DNA of 64,000 nucleotides. It comes from Planctomycetota bacterium. Its GTDB lineage: Bacteria > Planctomycetota > UBA8108 > SXIK01. This document shows, piece by piece, positions 9,060 through 18,398 of this stretch (position 1 is its first letter; the number at the start of each line of letters is the position of its first letter). The stretch covers positions 2,080,001-2,144,000 of the forward strand of contig CBDCXR010000004.1 in the NCBI GenBank assembly GCA_965223845.1, read 5' to 3'. Below the pieces are notes generated by a model. The model saw only the letters and a list, made by a program, of their open reading frames with translations. It did no database searches and was not told the origin of the DNA. A program made the position numbers and the translations under genes.

Positions 9060-10390
9060 TACTGTCCGATTCTCCGGATCGCGCCGGGATCGATCCGCAT
9101 CTCGAGTTTTTCGCGAAGCTGGGGGTTCGCCTTGATGACTTCGCTCCAGATAACGGGACGAACCGACACCTTCTGCGTCGACACGGTGAGATTGACTTTC
9201 GCGCCGGGAAGAACGCGGGACCTCGCGCGCGGGATCTGATTGAGGACCGTATTCTCCGCGAGCGACTTGTTGTGCTTCTTCGAAACTGTACCGACGGCGA
9301 GACCGACGCGCTGAAGCTGAACGACCGCATCGGCGAGTGATTTCCTACCCAGGTTGGGCATCTGATTGAACACGGTCGCCACGAACGGGCGCGACTTCGC
9401 CGTCGTTCCCGCCGCGTTCCCTACCGTAAGCACGATGTTGAACTTGCCGGCCTTCTTATAGGTGTGCGACACCGAAGCCCCGCTCTTTGGTCCGCTGCCG
9501 TCGCCGAAATCCCACACCCACGAAGTGGGATCACCCTTCGACGTATCGTTGACCGTAATTCCCCAGTTCCCGGGATTGAGATGGCCGCCCCGCGGCACCG
9601 CCGTGAAGGTCGCGGCCAGCGTCTCGGCCGGCGGAGGTTCGACCGCGGGAGCGGTCACCACGATCTCCTTCGTCGCGTCGTTCGTGTCGTCACCGCGGAC
9701 GATCTCGAGCGTCACCGCGTAGGTGCCGGCTTCCGTGAACTCGAACTCCGCGGTTTCTCCCTCGGCGGTGTTCAGTCCGGCGAAGTTCCAGTGCCACTCC
9801 TCCGGCCCGCCGACCGAGTTGTCGGTGAACTTCACCGTGTGTGGCGCGACGCGCTCGCCCTCCGCGGGCTCCATCGTGAAGTCCGCCTCGAGCGGATCGC
9901 CGGAGCAGGTCGCGATTCCGATGATGAGACCGATGACACCGAGGAGGAGGATCACCCCGAGCAGGATCCACGGCCAGATCTTCGGCTTCGGCTTCGGATC
10001 ATCGTCTTCGATGACCGGAACGACCGGAGCTTCGATCGCAAACCGGCACGGCGCACTCTGCCCGGAGTCGTTGTCCGGATCGACCGTCGATGCGACGACG
10101 AGGCGGTACGTGTAATCGCCCGCCGGGGCCTCGGCCGGCGCCGCGAGGAGCACGGTGAACTGCTCGTTTCCATCGACGTCGAACGTGCGAACGTCCTCGC
10201 CTTCGCTCGTCCCTTGAATGCTGAGCCAGCCCGGCTCAGCCGGAGCGTCGATGTCGAGCGACGCCCGCGCGCGGATCTCTCGCCCCGAGACGTTCGTCAC
10301 CGAAAAGGTGCGCTCGCCGCGCCGCTCGTCCCCGGAGAGAGTGACGACCTCGTCGGCCGCCGGGCGGATATCAAAAACGGACATGTTCAC
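9059..10390 (-). CDS. Bitopic membrane protein: N-terminal Ig-like (COG1470-like) domain, TM helix, two PKD domains, PASTA domain
   Basis: TM IWPWILLGVILLLGVIGLIIGIA; PKD motifs VKFTDNS..WHWNF..GTYAVTL and WVWDFGDG..HTYKKAGKFNIVLTV; PASTA MPNLGRKSLADAVVQLQRVGL...VLNQIP...VNLTVS. GGAGG RBS. Confidence 0.75.
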   Translation of the reverse strand: MNMSVFDIRPAADEVVTLSGDERRGERTFSVTNVSGREIRARASLDIDAPAEPGWLSIQGTSEGEDVRTFDVDGNEQFTVLLAAPAEAPAGDYTYRLVVASTVDPDNDSGQSAPCRFAIEAPVVPVIEDDDPKPKPKIWPWILLGVILLLGVIGLIIGIATCSGDPLEADFTMEPAEGERVAPHTVKFTDNSVGGPEEWHWNFAGLNTAEGETAEFEFTEAGTYAVTLEIVRGDDTNDATKEIVVTAPAVEPPPAETLAATFTAVPRGGHLNPGNWGITVNDTSKGDPTSWVWDFGDGSGPKSGASVSHTYKKAGKFNIVLTVGNAAGTTAKSRPFVATVFNQMPNLGRKSLADAVVQLQRVGLAVGTVSKKHNKSLAENTVLNQIPRARSRVLPGAKVNLTVSTQKVSVRPVIWSEVIKANPQLREKLEMRIDPGAIRRIGQ

Positions 10391-10439
10391 TACCTCCGTT
10401 GCGTGGACGGGTCACTCGCGGCGGGAGCTCGCCGGTGAC

Positions 10440-10955
10440 TCACGTCCCTTGGGTGAATTCGTACGTGACGTAGGCCGGCTTCTCGCGGGCGATGACGCGC
10501 TCGATGAGAGGAAGAAACGCTCTCGCCTCCACGGGAACATCGACCTCGAAGTGAAACGACTTCTTCCCACTCCGCACCTCGAAGCCGGGGACGCCCGTGA
10601 GCGTCGCGAGGAATTCCGCGAGCCCGCGCTTCGTCCCGCGCCATTTACTCAAGCTTGCGCTCCTCGCGATCAATTCTCGAAGATGGCCGAGCCCCGGAGC
10701 CGCCACCGCGCCGAGAGACGGTTCCGATCCGACCGGCGAGAGGACGCGCTGGAGATCGAGCCAATGGGTGAGATAGAGGAGAAAGGCCGGCGGCGCCCGC
10801 CGAGCGTCGAAGTACTCGTCGAAGTTCTCGAGCGCACGTTCGGGATTCGCGTGAAGCGCCTCCATCGCCGCGAGGACGCCGCTCAAGACATTGCCGTCGC
10901 GAACGGAACGCTGAAAGATGCCCGGGAGCAAGCGCCGGATGTCATCAGTCTTCAC
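10440..10955 (-). CDS. Phage tail/baseplate protein (P2 gpI-like)
   Basis: LLPGIFQ, YFDARRAP..FLLYL..WL, KWRGTKRGL..FL and REKPAYV motifs; position after baseplate J. Confidence 0.8.
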   Translation of the reverse strand: MKTDDIRRLLPGIFQRSVRDGNVLSGVLAAMEALHANPERALENFDEYFDARRAPPAFLLYLTHWLDLQRVLSPVGSEPSLGAVAAPGLGHLRELIARSASLSKWRGTKRGLAEFLATLTGVPGFEVRSGKKSFHFEVDVPVEARAFLPLIERVIAREKPAYVTYEFTQGT

Positions 10956-13608
10956 GCGCGGTCTCCTCGTCGTCGCTCACGACATCGATGCGATGCTCTC
11001 CCGAGCAGAAGAGCCACGTCGGAGGTACGGCCACGCGCTGGCTGAACGAGCGCCCGGAGCAGTTCTCGTACGGAGGCTCGTCCGTCGGTTCATCCGTGCG
11101 CTCAGCGCTCTCGCCCGCTCGAGAAAGCTCGATGACACGGCGGCGGATCCCCTCCTCGCCGCCCCCGAGGGCGACGCGTCCGGTCGGATCGACCGCGAGC
11201 GCCCGCACGGGAAAGAACCGACCGGAATCGCGGAGCGGAAGTCCGCACGAGACGTGCGGGGTCGTCCATGCGGCGCCGTCGACTCCGAGGTCGAGCTCGG
11301 CGATCCCGCCGCGAAACGTTCCGGCGAGGACGCGCTTTCCGTCGTCCACGATCGCGAGCTCGTAACAACTTCCGGCGTTCCAGTCGCGACCGACGAGCTC
11401 GAACTTCTCGTCAGAGGCCGCGATGCTCCGGATCTCACGGCGAAAGCAACCTTCGCCTTTGTCCGCGCCAGATTTCGCGAACGCCGCGGCCCAGAGAAAC
11501 GCGCGCCCGCCCACCGGCTGGACGAGGAGCGAGTGAATGTTTTTTCCCCGAAGTCCGAAGTACTCGAAACTTTCGCCCCCGTTCTCGGAGAGATGAACTC
11601 CGCCGAGATTCTCTGCCGCGACGGCGATCCAATCCGTTCCCTTCGCGTCGCGCCAAACGCGGACCGCCCACATCCCGAGATCCGGATCGGACGGGAGTGC
11701 GATCACCGGCCGCGGCGTCACCGGTCCGCGCCGCCAGTCGTCCTCGAAGACGATCTCCTGCAGTCCCTTACTGGTTGCAAGGAGGAGGCGCGGGAGGCTT
11801 CCTCGCGATGTCCACGCGAGATCGTTCACTCGGTGCCCGAGCTGCGACACCCGGTCCCAGCTTTCGCCGCAGTTCTCCGACACGTAGACGGCCGAGCGTT
11901 CACCTTTCCGCTCCGTGGCGACCGCGACGATCCCCGCTTCCTCGGGGTGGACCGCGACGTGTGCGACTTCTTCGTCGGCGAATCGTCCCGCCGGTTCCCA
12001 GCCCTCGCCGTCGTTCATGGAGCGAAAGAGGATCGGTCCGCTTCCGGCGAACCACGTCCGCGACTGAAACTCGTCCGCGACGATGCAGCTCACGTCTTCG
12101 CTCGGCGCTTCGTCGACGTGGAGGGAGATCTCCTCGACCCGCAAGACTCGAGCGTCGCTCAGAACGAGGTCGTAGATGCGCGAGACGTGGAGCGGCGTAC
12201 CGAACCGCCAGCCCTGGTAGCCCTCGCTCGGGAACGGATTGATCGCGGCGTGAAGCCGTTCGAGAACACGCTCCTCGACCGCGCGGCGATCCGCCTCGCG
12301 GTGCGCGACGACGCGCGCCCGAACGCTCACTTTCTTGTAACGAGCCCAGTCGACGGAACAGACGGTTCCGAGCGGGCTCCGGCGGTCGAGATCACGCGCA
12401 ACCGCCTGCAGGGTGCTCTCCTTCTTCACGCCTTCGACATCTTCGACGCTCACTCTTCGCGCGGCGTCGTCATCGCCGATTGTCGGCACGATGAGCACTT
12501 TCACCGCGCCGAGCCGCCCGTGTCGCCAGACATCGGATTCCGCGTAGGCCTTCGCCCGTGCGACTTCACCCGAGAGGCGCTTCGCAAGGAGTTCGTAGTC
12601 GTCCGCGGTGACGGCGCGCTCGAGGCTCCGCAGTTCCTGTGGTCCGCGGACGAGCGCGTTCTCGAGGCTTTCGGGAGCCCGACCGCCGGTGCCCCGATCG
12701 ACGTTCGTCACCTTCACGCCGGGGATCTGATCCTTGAGCGCGGTCAGAGTCCCTTCGGCGACGTTGCCGTCGACGCCGCCGCCGCAGCGATACCACACGC
12801 GAATCTCGCGACCGGATTTCGGGACCTCCGCGAGCGCGACCGGACGCGCCGCCTCGCCCCCGTCGTGGCCGTCGACGCGATCGACGGCGGGTGCGAACAC
12901 GATCCGTCCGTCGACGCGATGCGCCACAAAGACGTGCCGCTCGTCTCCGAGCTCTGCGAAGTGACCCTCCTCGCGTTCCCGCCAGATACGAAACAGCTTC
13001 TCGCCGTAGCGGATCGCGGGGACGCGTTCGTCGTCCGCCTCTTGCGGATCCATCTCGACCGCGACGGTCAGGTCGAAATCCGATCCCGTCGGAGCGACAA
13101 TCGGCGGACGCGTGACCTCGAAGGTGAGTCCGGGCTCTCCCGTCGCAATCCCGAGAAGCTCTCCACGAACGAGCTCGCAGTGGTGCGCGACGACTTCGAC
13201 GGAGGCCGCCCCCGGCTCGATCGCGGCTTCGTCCGCGGTCGTAAAGATCGGCGCGGGACGATCCCCGCTCGCGCGCGCGACCGTCACTCGTGTTCCGAGC
13301 GGAATCTCGATCCGCCGGTCCGTTTTGCCGCCGGACCGCGAGAATACGAGCCGCGCCGTCGCGGCCGTCGGCGCCTGAAGCTGGACGCCGATGAGCCGGA
13401 GGAACTCGACGTAGGCCTTCTCGGGAATCCGATTCAGCCGATAGATCATCACATCCGTCAAGTACGCGAAAGCCTCGAGCAGAATTCGACCCGGGTCACC
13501 GGCGGACTGATCGTTCCAACTGGGACAGGCGCGCTTCATCTCACGGAGCGCGTCGGCGACGAGGTCGTCGTAGGTGCGGTCGTCAAGGTTCGGCGACGGA
13601 AGCGACAT
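10945..13608 (-). CDS. CIS baseplate assembly protein (gpJ/Afp11-like) with inserted BNR beta-propeller
   Basis: LPSPNLDDRTYDDLV, WNDQSAGDPG..LLEAFAY, YRCGGG..GNV, RAVTADDYE; Asp-box repeats SMNDGEGW, SENCGESW, SENGGESF; C-terminal LFCSGEH. Confidence 0.88.
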   Translation of the reverse strand: MSLPSPNLDDRTYDDLVADALREMKRACPSWNDQSAGDPGRILLEAFAYLTDVMIYRLNRIPEKAYVEFLRLIGVQLQAPTAATARLVFSRSGGKTDRRIEIPLGTRVTVARASGDRPAPIFTTADEAAIEPGAASVEVVAHHCELVRGELLGIATGEPGLTFEVTRPPIVAPTGSDFDLTVAVEMDPQEADDERVPAIRYGEKLFRIWREREEGHFAELGDERHVFVAHRVDGRIVFAPAVDRVDGHDGGEAARPVALAEVPKSGREIRVWYRCGGGVDGNVAEGTLTALKDQIPGVKVTNVDRGTGGRAPESLENALVRGPQELRSLERAVTADDYELLAKRLSGEVARAKAYAESDVWRHGRLGAVKVLIVPTIGDDDAARRVSVEDVEGVKKESTLQAVARDLDRRSPLGTVCSVDWARYKKVSVRARVVAHREADRRAVEERVLERLHAAINPFPSEGYQGWRFGTPLHVSRIYDLVLSDARVLRVEEISLHVDEAPSEDVSCIVADEFQSRTWFAGSGPILFRSMNDGEGWEPAGRFADEEVAHVAVHPEEAGIVAVATERKGERSAVYVSENCGESWDRVSQLGHRVNDLAWTSRGSLPRLLLATSKGLQEIVFEDDWRRGPVTPRPVIALPSDPDLGMWAVRVWRDAKGTDWIAVAAENLGGVHLSENGGESFEYFGLRGKNIHSLLVQPVGGRAFLWAAAFAKSGADKGEGCFRREIRSIAASDEKFELVGRDWNAGSCYELAIVDDGKRVLAGTFRGGIAELDLGVDGAAWTTPHVSCGLPLRDSGRFFPVRALAVDPTGRVALGGGEEGIRRRVIELSRAGESAERTDEPTDEPPYENCSGRSFSQRVAVPPTWLFCSGEHRIDVVSDDEETARED

Positions 13609-14072
13609 CAGGATTCTCCGCCGAGATGGAGCGGAAGGAGGATGCGATCGCGCTCACGCGACGGACGCACGCGATACTCGAGTTCGACATCGAGGCGTTC
13701 CGGAATCTCCGGGTGCGGCGCGGCGTCGACGCGGAGGACCTCCGCCCGCGGCTCCCAGCGCTCGACCGCGCTTCGGACATAGTGGATCGCGAGGCCGGCG
13801 GTCGTCGCATCGTTCGGCGAAAACACGAGACGTCGGAGATCACACCCGTACTCGGGCCGCATCACGCGCTCTCCAGGATTCGTGGTGAGGAGAATGAGGA
13901 GCGCCTGACGCACCGACGCCGCTTCGCTCACCATCGCAATTCCGCCGGTCGGTGAGAGGACGGCGCCGACGACCGGACGCTCGCGCTCGGTGCCGTCCAC
14001 GACCGAAGTCGCACCGTCCGACACGATCATCGGATGCTCGAATCGCCAAGCTCGGTAGCGGGCCTCCGGCAT
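13608..14072 (-). CDS. GPW/gp25 baseplate protein (Afp9-like)
   Basis: VRQALLILLTTNPGERVMRPEYGCDL...VERWEPR. Confidence 0.92.
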   Translation of the reverse strand: MPEARYRAWRFEHPMIVSDGATSVVDGTERERPVVGAVLSPTGGIAMVSEAASVRQALLILLTTNPGERVMRPEYGCDLRRLVFSPNDATTAGLAIHYVRSAVERWEPRAEVLRVDAAPHPEIPERLDVELEYRVRPSRERDRILLPLHLGGES

Positions 14073-14414
14073 TCAGCGTTCTCCCACGTAGCTTTGTCCC
14101 GGACTGAGGACGTTGTATTTCACCGTTCCGGGAGGGGTTCCGTTCGTTAACCCGGACGTCCCGACGAGACAAACGCGCTTTCCCTCGATGCGAATGAATC
14201 TCGAGTACGAGACCGATTCCGTCACCGTGACCGTGTTCGTGCACGGCTTGATGCCGACGCCGACGTTCGGGCACCCGCTGATCCCGACCCCGAGCGAATA
14301 CGGCTCGACGAGCACTCGATCACCGTCGATCTTGACGAGCTCTTGATGCGCCTGGATCTCGACGCCGCCTCCGTGCGCGCAGCTGAGCCGTGCCTTCTCG
14401 GTCAGGAATTCCAC
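14073..14414 (-). CDS. PAAR-like spike-tip protein
   Basis: LSCAHGG...ISGCP...KPC...IRIEGKRV Cys/His pattern; located between VgrG and gp25. Confidence 0.7.
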   Translation of the reverse strand: MEFLTEKARLSCAHGGGVEIQAHQELVKIDGDRVLVEPYSLGVGISGCPNVGVGIKPCTNTVTVTESVSYSRFIRIEGKRVCLVGTSGLTNGTPPGTVKYNVLSPGQSYVGER

Positions 14415-14428
14415 TCGTCGGCCTCCTC

Positions 14429-16177
14429 TCAGTTTGCGTCGCCGTCCGCGTCGTCACGGCCGGTACGCTCGGTGTCGCCCGAATCGGACTCTTCGCTGGG
14501 TTCCGGCTCAGGCTTCGGCTCGGAGGGAGCGTGCTCGAAGTCGATGTGGTCGGCGCGCAGCCGGATGCCTTTCCCCGGGGCGGCGATGTCGATGTCGCCC
14601 TCCGCTCGGAGCGAAACCAGATCGGGCGCGAGAGCGAACGAATGTCCCGTGCTCGTCTCGATCTCCACGCTCTCCGCCCGATCGTCGAGGCTCACTCGGT
14701 GCCCAGCCGGGGTCTCGAGCTCGATCGACTCGTTCGCGTCGTCGAATGCGAGACGGTGTCCGCCCGGAGTCCGAATCCGGATCTCCTCGACTTCGTCGTC
14801 GAGCTGGATCTCGTGTCCCCCCGGAGTTCTCAAAGTGAAACGCCGCACGCTCCCGTTCACGACGCCGCCGCCGTCGATCGTACCGCGATGCCCGTAGATG
14901 CCGCCGAGCACGATCGCGAACGCGGGATCGTGATCGGCGAACATGACGACGACGTTGTCGTCCACATCGGGAAGAACGACGAGGCCCTTCTCATCCCCGG
15001 CTCCGGGCGCCATGACTTCGAGCCACGACGTCTCGAGGTCGCCGTGGCTCGGAAGACGCACTTTGACGCGGCCGAGCTCCTCGGGGTCGTCGACCGACGT
15101 AACGACGGCGATCGTCGCGCAGGCGGCTCCACTCGACGCGGTCGGGCTCACACGAGGCGGAGGAGACGGGAGGTCGGTCGAGATCTCCGTCACGAATCCG
15201 CGGGTACCGTCGATGGCGTGCCGCACATCGCCGAGGACGAATCGCCCGCTCGAGCGCCGGCCGAGGCCGGAAACCTCCACGACGTCGCCGGCGCGAAGGG
15301 TCACGTCTCCATCCGTGACACCGGAAAAGCGCGATTCGTGGGCGGCGCGGCGGTCGAGCTCCGCCTGCGCTCGAGCGACGGCTTGCGCCGCGTCCGCGAC
15401 GGGGACGTCCACGATCGTTCGCTCGCCCGTTCCGCCGACATCGCCGGGGGCGAGCGCGACGTCGATCGACGTCCCGACACGAGGAGCGTCCACCGTCTCA
15501 CGGAGGAACGTCGCGGTCATGGGATCCCACCCGAGGGTCGAGACTCGCCGGCAGGTCGTTTCGGCATTCACCTCGACCTTCGCCTCGAAGAGATTCTCCC
15601 CGAGCTCGAGCGTGTGCTCGTCCGCGTGGCCATCGAGGGTCAAGATCCGCAAGCGATCGCCATCGAGCACGAAGTAGGCGCCGCAGAGTCTCGCGCGCTC
15701 GTCGAGCAAGTCGAAGTCGCTCTGACGATGCTGAAAGACGTGACGCCAGAGGGGACTCTCGACCTCGCACTCGACATCGATCCCGTCCTCGCGGACGAGC
15801 TCGGCCGCGAGATCGGCGAGGGTGACTTCGGTGTGGACTCGCTGCGGCTGTCGCTTCCGAAGGCGATGCAGGCGGTCGTAAGCTCGAACTCGAAGTTCAG
15901 ATTCGCGCGCCGGACCGCAGGCGACTTCGACCGCAGTAATGTCTCCCTCAAAGAGGAGGCCGCCGCTGTCAGGAAGAGCGACCCGCAGCGCCCGGCCGAC
16001 GGGAAACGCGTCGGCCGCTTCTCCCAAGTCACTCGGCTCGTAGACGGAGAGCTCACACATCGCCGGAAGGGAGAGTCGCTGGCGAGCGACCGTGTGGCCG
16101 ATTTTCTCGGCGATGCCGCCGGCGAGCTCGCTTCCGTCCACTTCAATGCTGAGCCGCGGAAGGACATCGATACTCAT
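14429..16177 (-). CDS. VgrG-like spike (late control D hub + gp5/gpV OB fold + beta-helix repeats; Afp8-like)
   Basis: QHRQSDFDLL; DDPEELGRVKVRLP; LPDVDDNVVVMF...LGGIY; four TPGGH repeats. ATG 16177 overlaps the upstream TGA (ATGA). Confidence 0.88.
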   Translation of the reverse strand: MSIDVLPRLSIEVDGSELAGGIAEKIGHTVARQRLSLPAMCELSVYEPSDLGEAADAFPVGRALRVALPDSGGLLFEGDITAVEVACGPARESELRVRAYDRLHRLRKRQPQRVHTEVTLADLAAELVREDGIDVECEVESPLWRHVFQHRQSDFDLLDERARLCGAYFVLDGDRLRILTLDGHADEHTLELGENLFEAKVEVNAETTCRRVSTLGWDPMTATFLRETVDAPRVGTSIDVALAPGDVGGTGERTIVDVPVADAAQAVARAQAELDRRAAHESRFSGVTDGDVTLRAGDVVEVSGLGRRSSGRFVLGDVRHAIDGTRGFVTEISTDLPSPPPRVSPTASSGAACATIAVVTSVDDPEELGRVKVRLPSHGDLETSWLEVMAPGAGDEKGLVVLPDVDDNVVVMFADHDPAFAIVLGGIYGHRGTIDGGGVVNGSVRRFTLRTPGGHEIQLDDEVEEIRIRTPGGHRLAFDDANESIELETPAGHRVSLDDRAESVEIETSTGHSFALAPDLVSLRAEGDIDIAAPGKGIRLRADHIDFEHAPSEPKPEPEPSEESDSGDTERTGRDDADGDAN

Positions 16178-16929
16178 CGCTGCGACTCCAAGACATCCTG
16201 GGACGGTACTCTCAGTAGGTGCCCGACGGGAACGCGCAAAGGATCGATGAGGTCGTTGAATGCAGCGATGACCCGCCAAAACGAGGCCGTTCCGTAGTAG
16301 CGAAATGAGATCTCATCCACTCGCTCCGAAGCGAGGAGGGGGTCAGAACTCGCGTCGTTCCCGTCTCCCGTAATCTCGTGCTCGAAAAGCTTGTCGGGCG
16401 GGACTTCTGCGTCGGGATCGAGCAACTCCGGAAGCGGACGGGAAGTCTCCGGCGTGTGGAGTCGGTCGCTGGGCTCACTCACTCGCCACAGCTTGAGACG
16501 AAGCCACGACCGTTCGGGCGCGCCCTCTGAACTGAACCGCTCGAGCTTCTCGCTCACGGAGACAATCACACCGGGAATGTTCCAGCTCTTCCCCCAGATG
16601 AACCGAACGAGCGGGGGACGCTGCGCTCCGCGGTCGAGGGTGGAGTTCTCCGACAGCTCCCAGAGCGGAGAGGTGAGATCGCGCACATCGGTAGCCGTGA
16701 TCGAGGAGCCGGCGATCTTCACGTCGAAGAGTAGATCGAGCGCGACTTCGGTCGTTCCGCCGCCCGTACTGAGAAGAGGATCGTCCTTGAGTCCCGACGA
16801 TGTCACCGGACCGGTGGAGGATCGCCGCGGCCGAACGCCCGAATGTCGCCGAACGGTGAGCGTTTCGGGATTGAGCAGACAACCGATGCGTTCACCGGTT
16901 GACTCGATGAGGAAGGCTACTCGCTCCAT
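16174..16929 (-). CDS. CIS tube-initiator protein with C-terminal LysM-like domain (Afp7-like)
   Basis: CLLNPETL, LDLLFD, PPLVRFIWG, LERFSSEGAPERS; C-terminal RVDEISFRYYG..FWRVIAAFNDLIDP..GHLLRVP. Confidence 0.85.
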   Translation of the reverse strand: MERVAFLIESTGERIGCLLNPETLTVRRHSGVRPRRSSTGPVTSSGLKDDPLLSTGGGTTEVALDLLFDVKIAGSSITATDVRDLTSPLWELSENSTLDRGAQRPPLVRFIWGKSWNIPGVIVSVSEKLERFSSEGAPERSWLRLKLWRVSEPSDRLHTPETSRPLPELLDPDAEVPPDKLFEHEITGDGNDASSDPLLASERVDEISFRYYGTASFWRVIAAFNDLIDPLRVPVGHLLRVPSQDVLESQR

Positions 16930-18398
16930 GGAATCCCTCGCTGCTCGAGGTCGATGCGACGGGCTCGCGCTGCGTCTCGCGATGCTGTTTCAGCAGCGCC
17001 GGCGTGCTCGGTCTCCACTGCGTGCGGATCGGCGAGGAGACTCGGCCAGCGGTCGAGCTGCGGATTCGGGTGCACGGTGGGATTGGCGAACGTCGACGGG
17101 ACGTCGACCGACGCGAGGAATCGCCCGAGATCGAATCGGACGGCGTTCCGATCTTTTCGCCGAACGCCTTCCCGCGAGAAGCCGGTCCGCGAATCGATCG
17201 ACGCATCCTCACGTTCGCGTGCTCGACGCTCGGCCGTCTCATCGCCAGTCGAAGGGCGCGAGAGCGAGCCCTCGGCTGCGACCGGTCTCGAGCTTGGGTC
17301 GATCGGGGGTCGAGAGCGCTCGTCTCGGCGGGACGATATCGCTGAGCGCCGCGGCGGAGGCGTCGATGGGACTCGGGCGCGCGTTGGACGCGCGCCGTCG
17401 ACGCGGTCCTCCTTCACCGGGGCCGGATCAGATCGCGGGTCCGATCGACGAGCCGCTGATCGGGCTCTCCCGGCGACCGGAGACGGCGCGCTCGGCGCCG
17501 CCGGAGATCGGGCGAACCGGAACTCCTCTACGGGTTGAGACAACGCCGCTTCGCTGCCCGAAGGGATAACGACATCGAGCGGCGTTTCGCCGCGAAGCTG
17601 CCGGCCCGGCCCGGCATGCGGTTCGCGGTCGGCGATGTGTCCCTCCGTGCGCCGCGCACGTTCTGGAGGTCGCCGAGACTCGGAAGCGCCGGCGCTGCTG
17701 GGTGTAGATCTCGCCTCGTGCGCTCGCGGTTTTCCCGACCGCTGACGCGGGCGGGGACCATCGCCCGCTTCCGCGCGAATCGCGCCCGCGGGCGGTTCCG
17801 TCCGGCTCCGCGGAGCTCGCGCGGCCTCCTCCGTCCGCGACGTCGCGATTCGTGCGCCAGCAGACTCCTGCGTCGACGGGGCGACGGCGCGCTTGGGATC
17901 GGGATTCGGTGCGCGGTGATCGCGCGGCGACGCGTCTCGCGGCCGATCGAGCTTCGACGAGCGCGGAGTCTCCGAGACGTCACTCGGAACGGGCTTCCTC
18001 TCTCGGCCGCGCGTCTCGCTGCGTTCGAGCTGTCGAACGGAGCCGCGACTCGACTTAGAACGCTTCCGGCGCGAATCGCGTGGCGGCTTCGCGACGTCAC
18101 TCGGGTGATCGACCGCCGATTCGGATGCGCGATGCGACTCGAACTCCGGGTCCGCCTCGGTCTCCTCGGCGGCCGTCGCCACCAGCTCCAGCCATTCGCT
18201 CGGCGGCTCATCGCCGACGAGTCGTTTCCACGCTTCGGGGACGGGAGACCTCTCGCCCGCTCGCTCGTCGCCCGGTGAGGACTCGCCTCGACCCGATCGA
18301 GATGGCGGCGGGCCGACGCGCGCCGCCACACGGCTCAAGAGCGCGGCGAACGACGCGAGCGCCGATTGGATCCATCGCCTGAGCGGTAGCGCTCTCAC
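16917..18398 (-). CDS. CIS-associated low-complexity protein (493 aa, R/P/S/A/E-rich)
   Basis: GTG overlaps the tube TGA and the stop overlaps the next ATG. Ordered-looking ends (PPSEWLELV; RWPSL...RRIDLEQRG..W) flank a disordered middle. Confidence 0.6.
   Translation of the reverse strand: MRALPLRRWIQSALASFAALLSRVAARVGPPPSRSGRGESSPGDERAGERSPVPEAWKRLVGDEPPSEWLELVATAAEETEADPEFESHRASESAVDHPSDVAKPPRDSRRKRSKSSRGSVRQLERSETRGRERKPVPSDVSETPRSSKLDRPRDASPRDHRAPNPDPKRAVAPSTQESAGARIATSRTEEAARAPRSRTEPPAGAIRAEAGDGPRPRQRSGKPRAHEARSTPSSAGASESRRPPERARRTEGHIADREPHAGPGRQLRGETPLDVVIPSGSEAALSQPVEEFRFARSPAAPSAPSPVAGRARSAARRSDPRSDPAPVKEDRVDGARPTRARVPSTPPPRRSAISSRRDERSRPPIDPSSRPVAAEGSLSRPSTGDETAERRAREREDASIDSRTGFSREGVRRKDRNAVRFDLGRFLASVDVPSTFANPTVHPNPQLDRWPSLLADPHAVETEHAGAAETASRDAARARRIDLEQRGIPWSE

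Noticed and set aside
10918-13782. 954-aa plus-strand ORF and similar long antisense ORFs (e.g. 4268..6193, 14390..16297, 31382..33022, 54933..56579)
   Set aside because: They mirror motif-bearing genes on the opposite strand and have no recognisable motifs. Stop-poor shadow frames are expected at this GC content.
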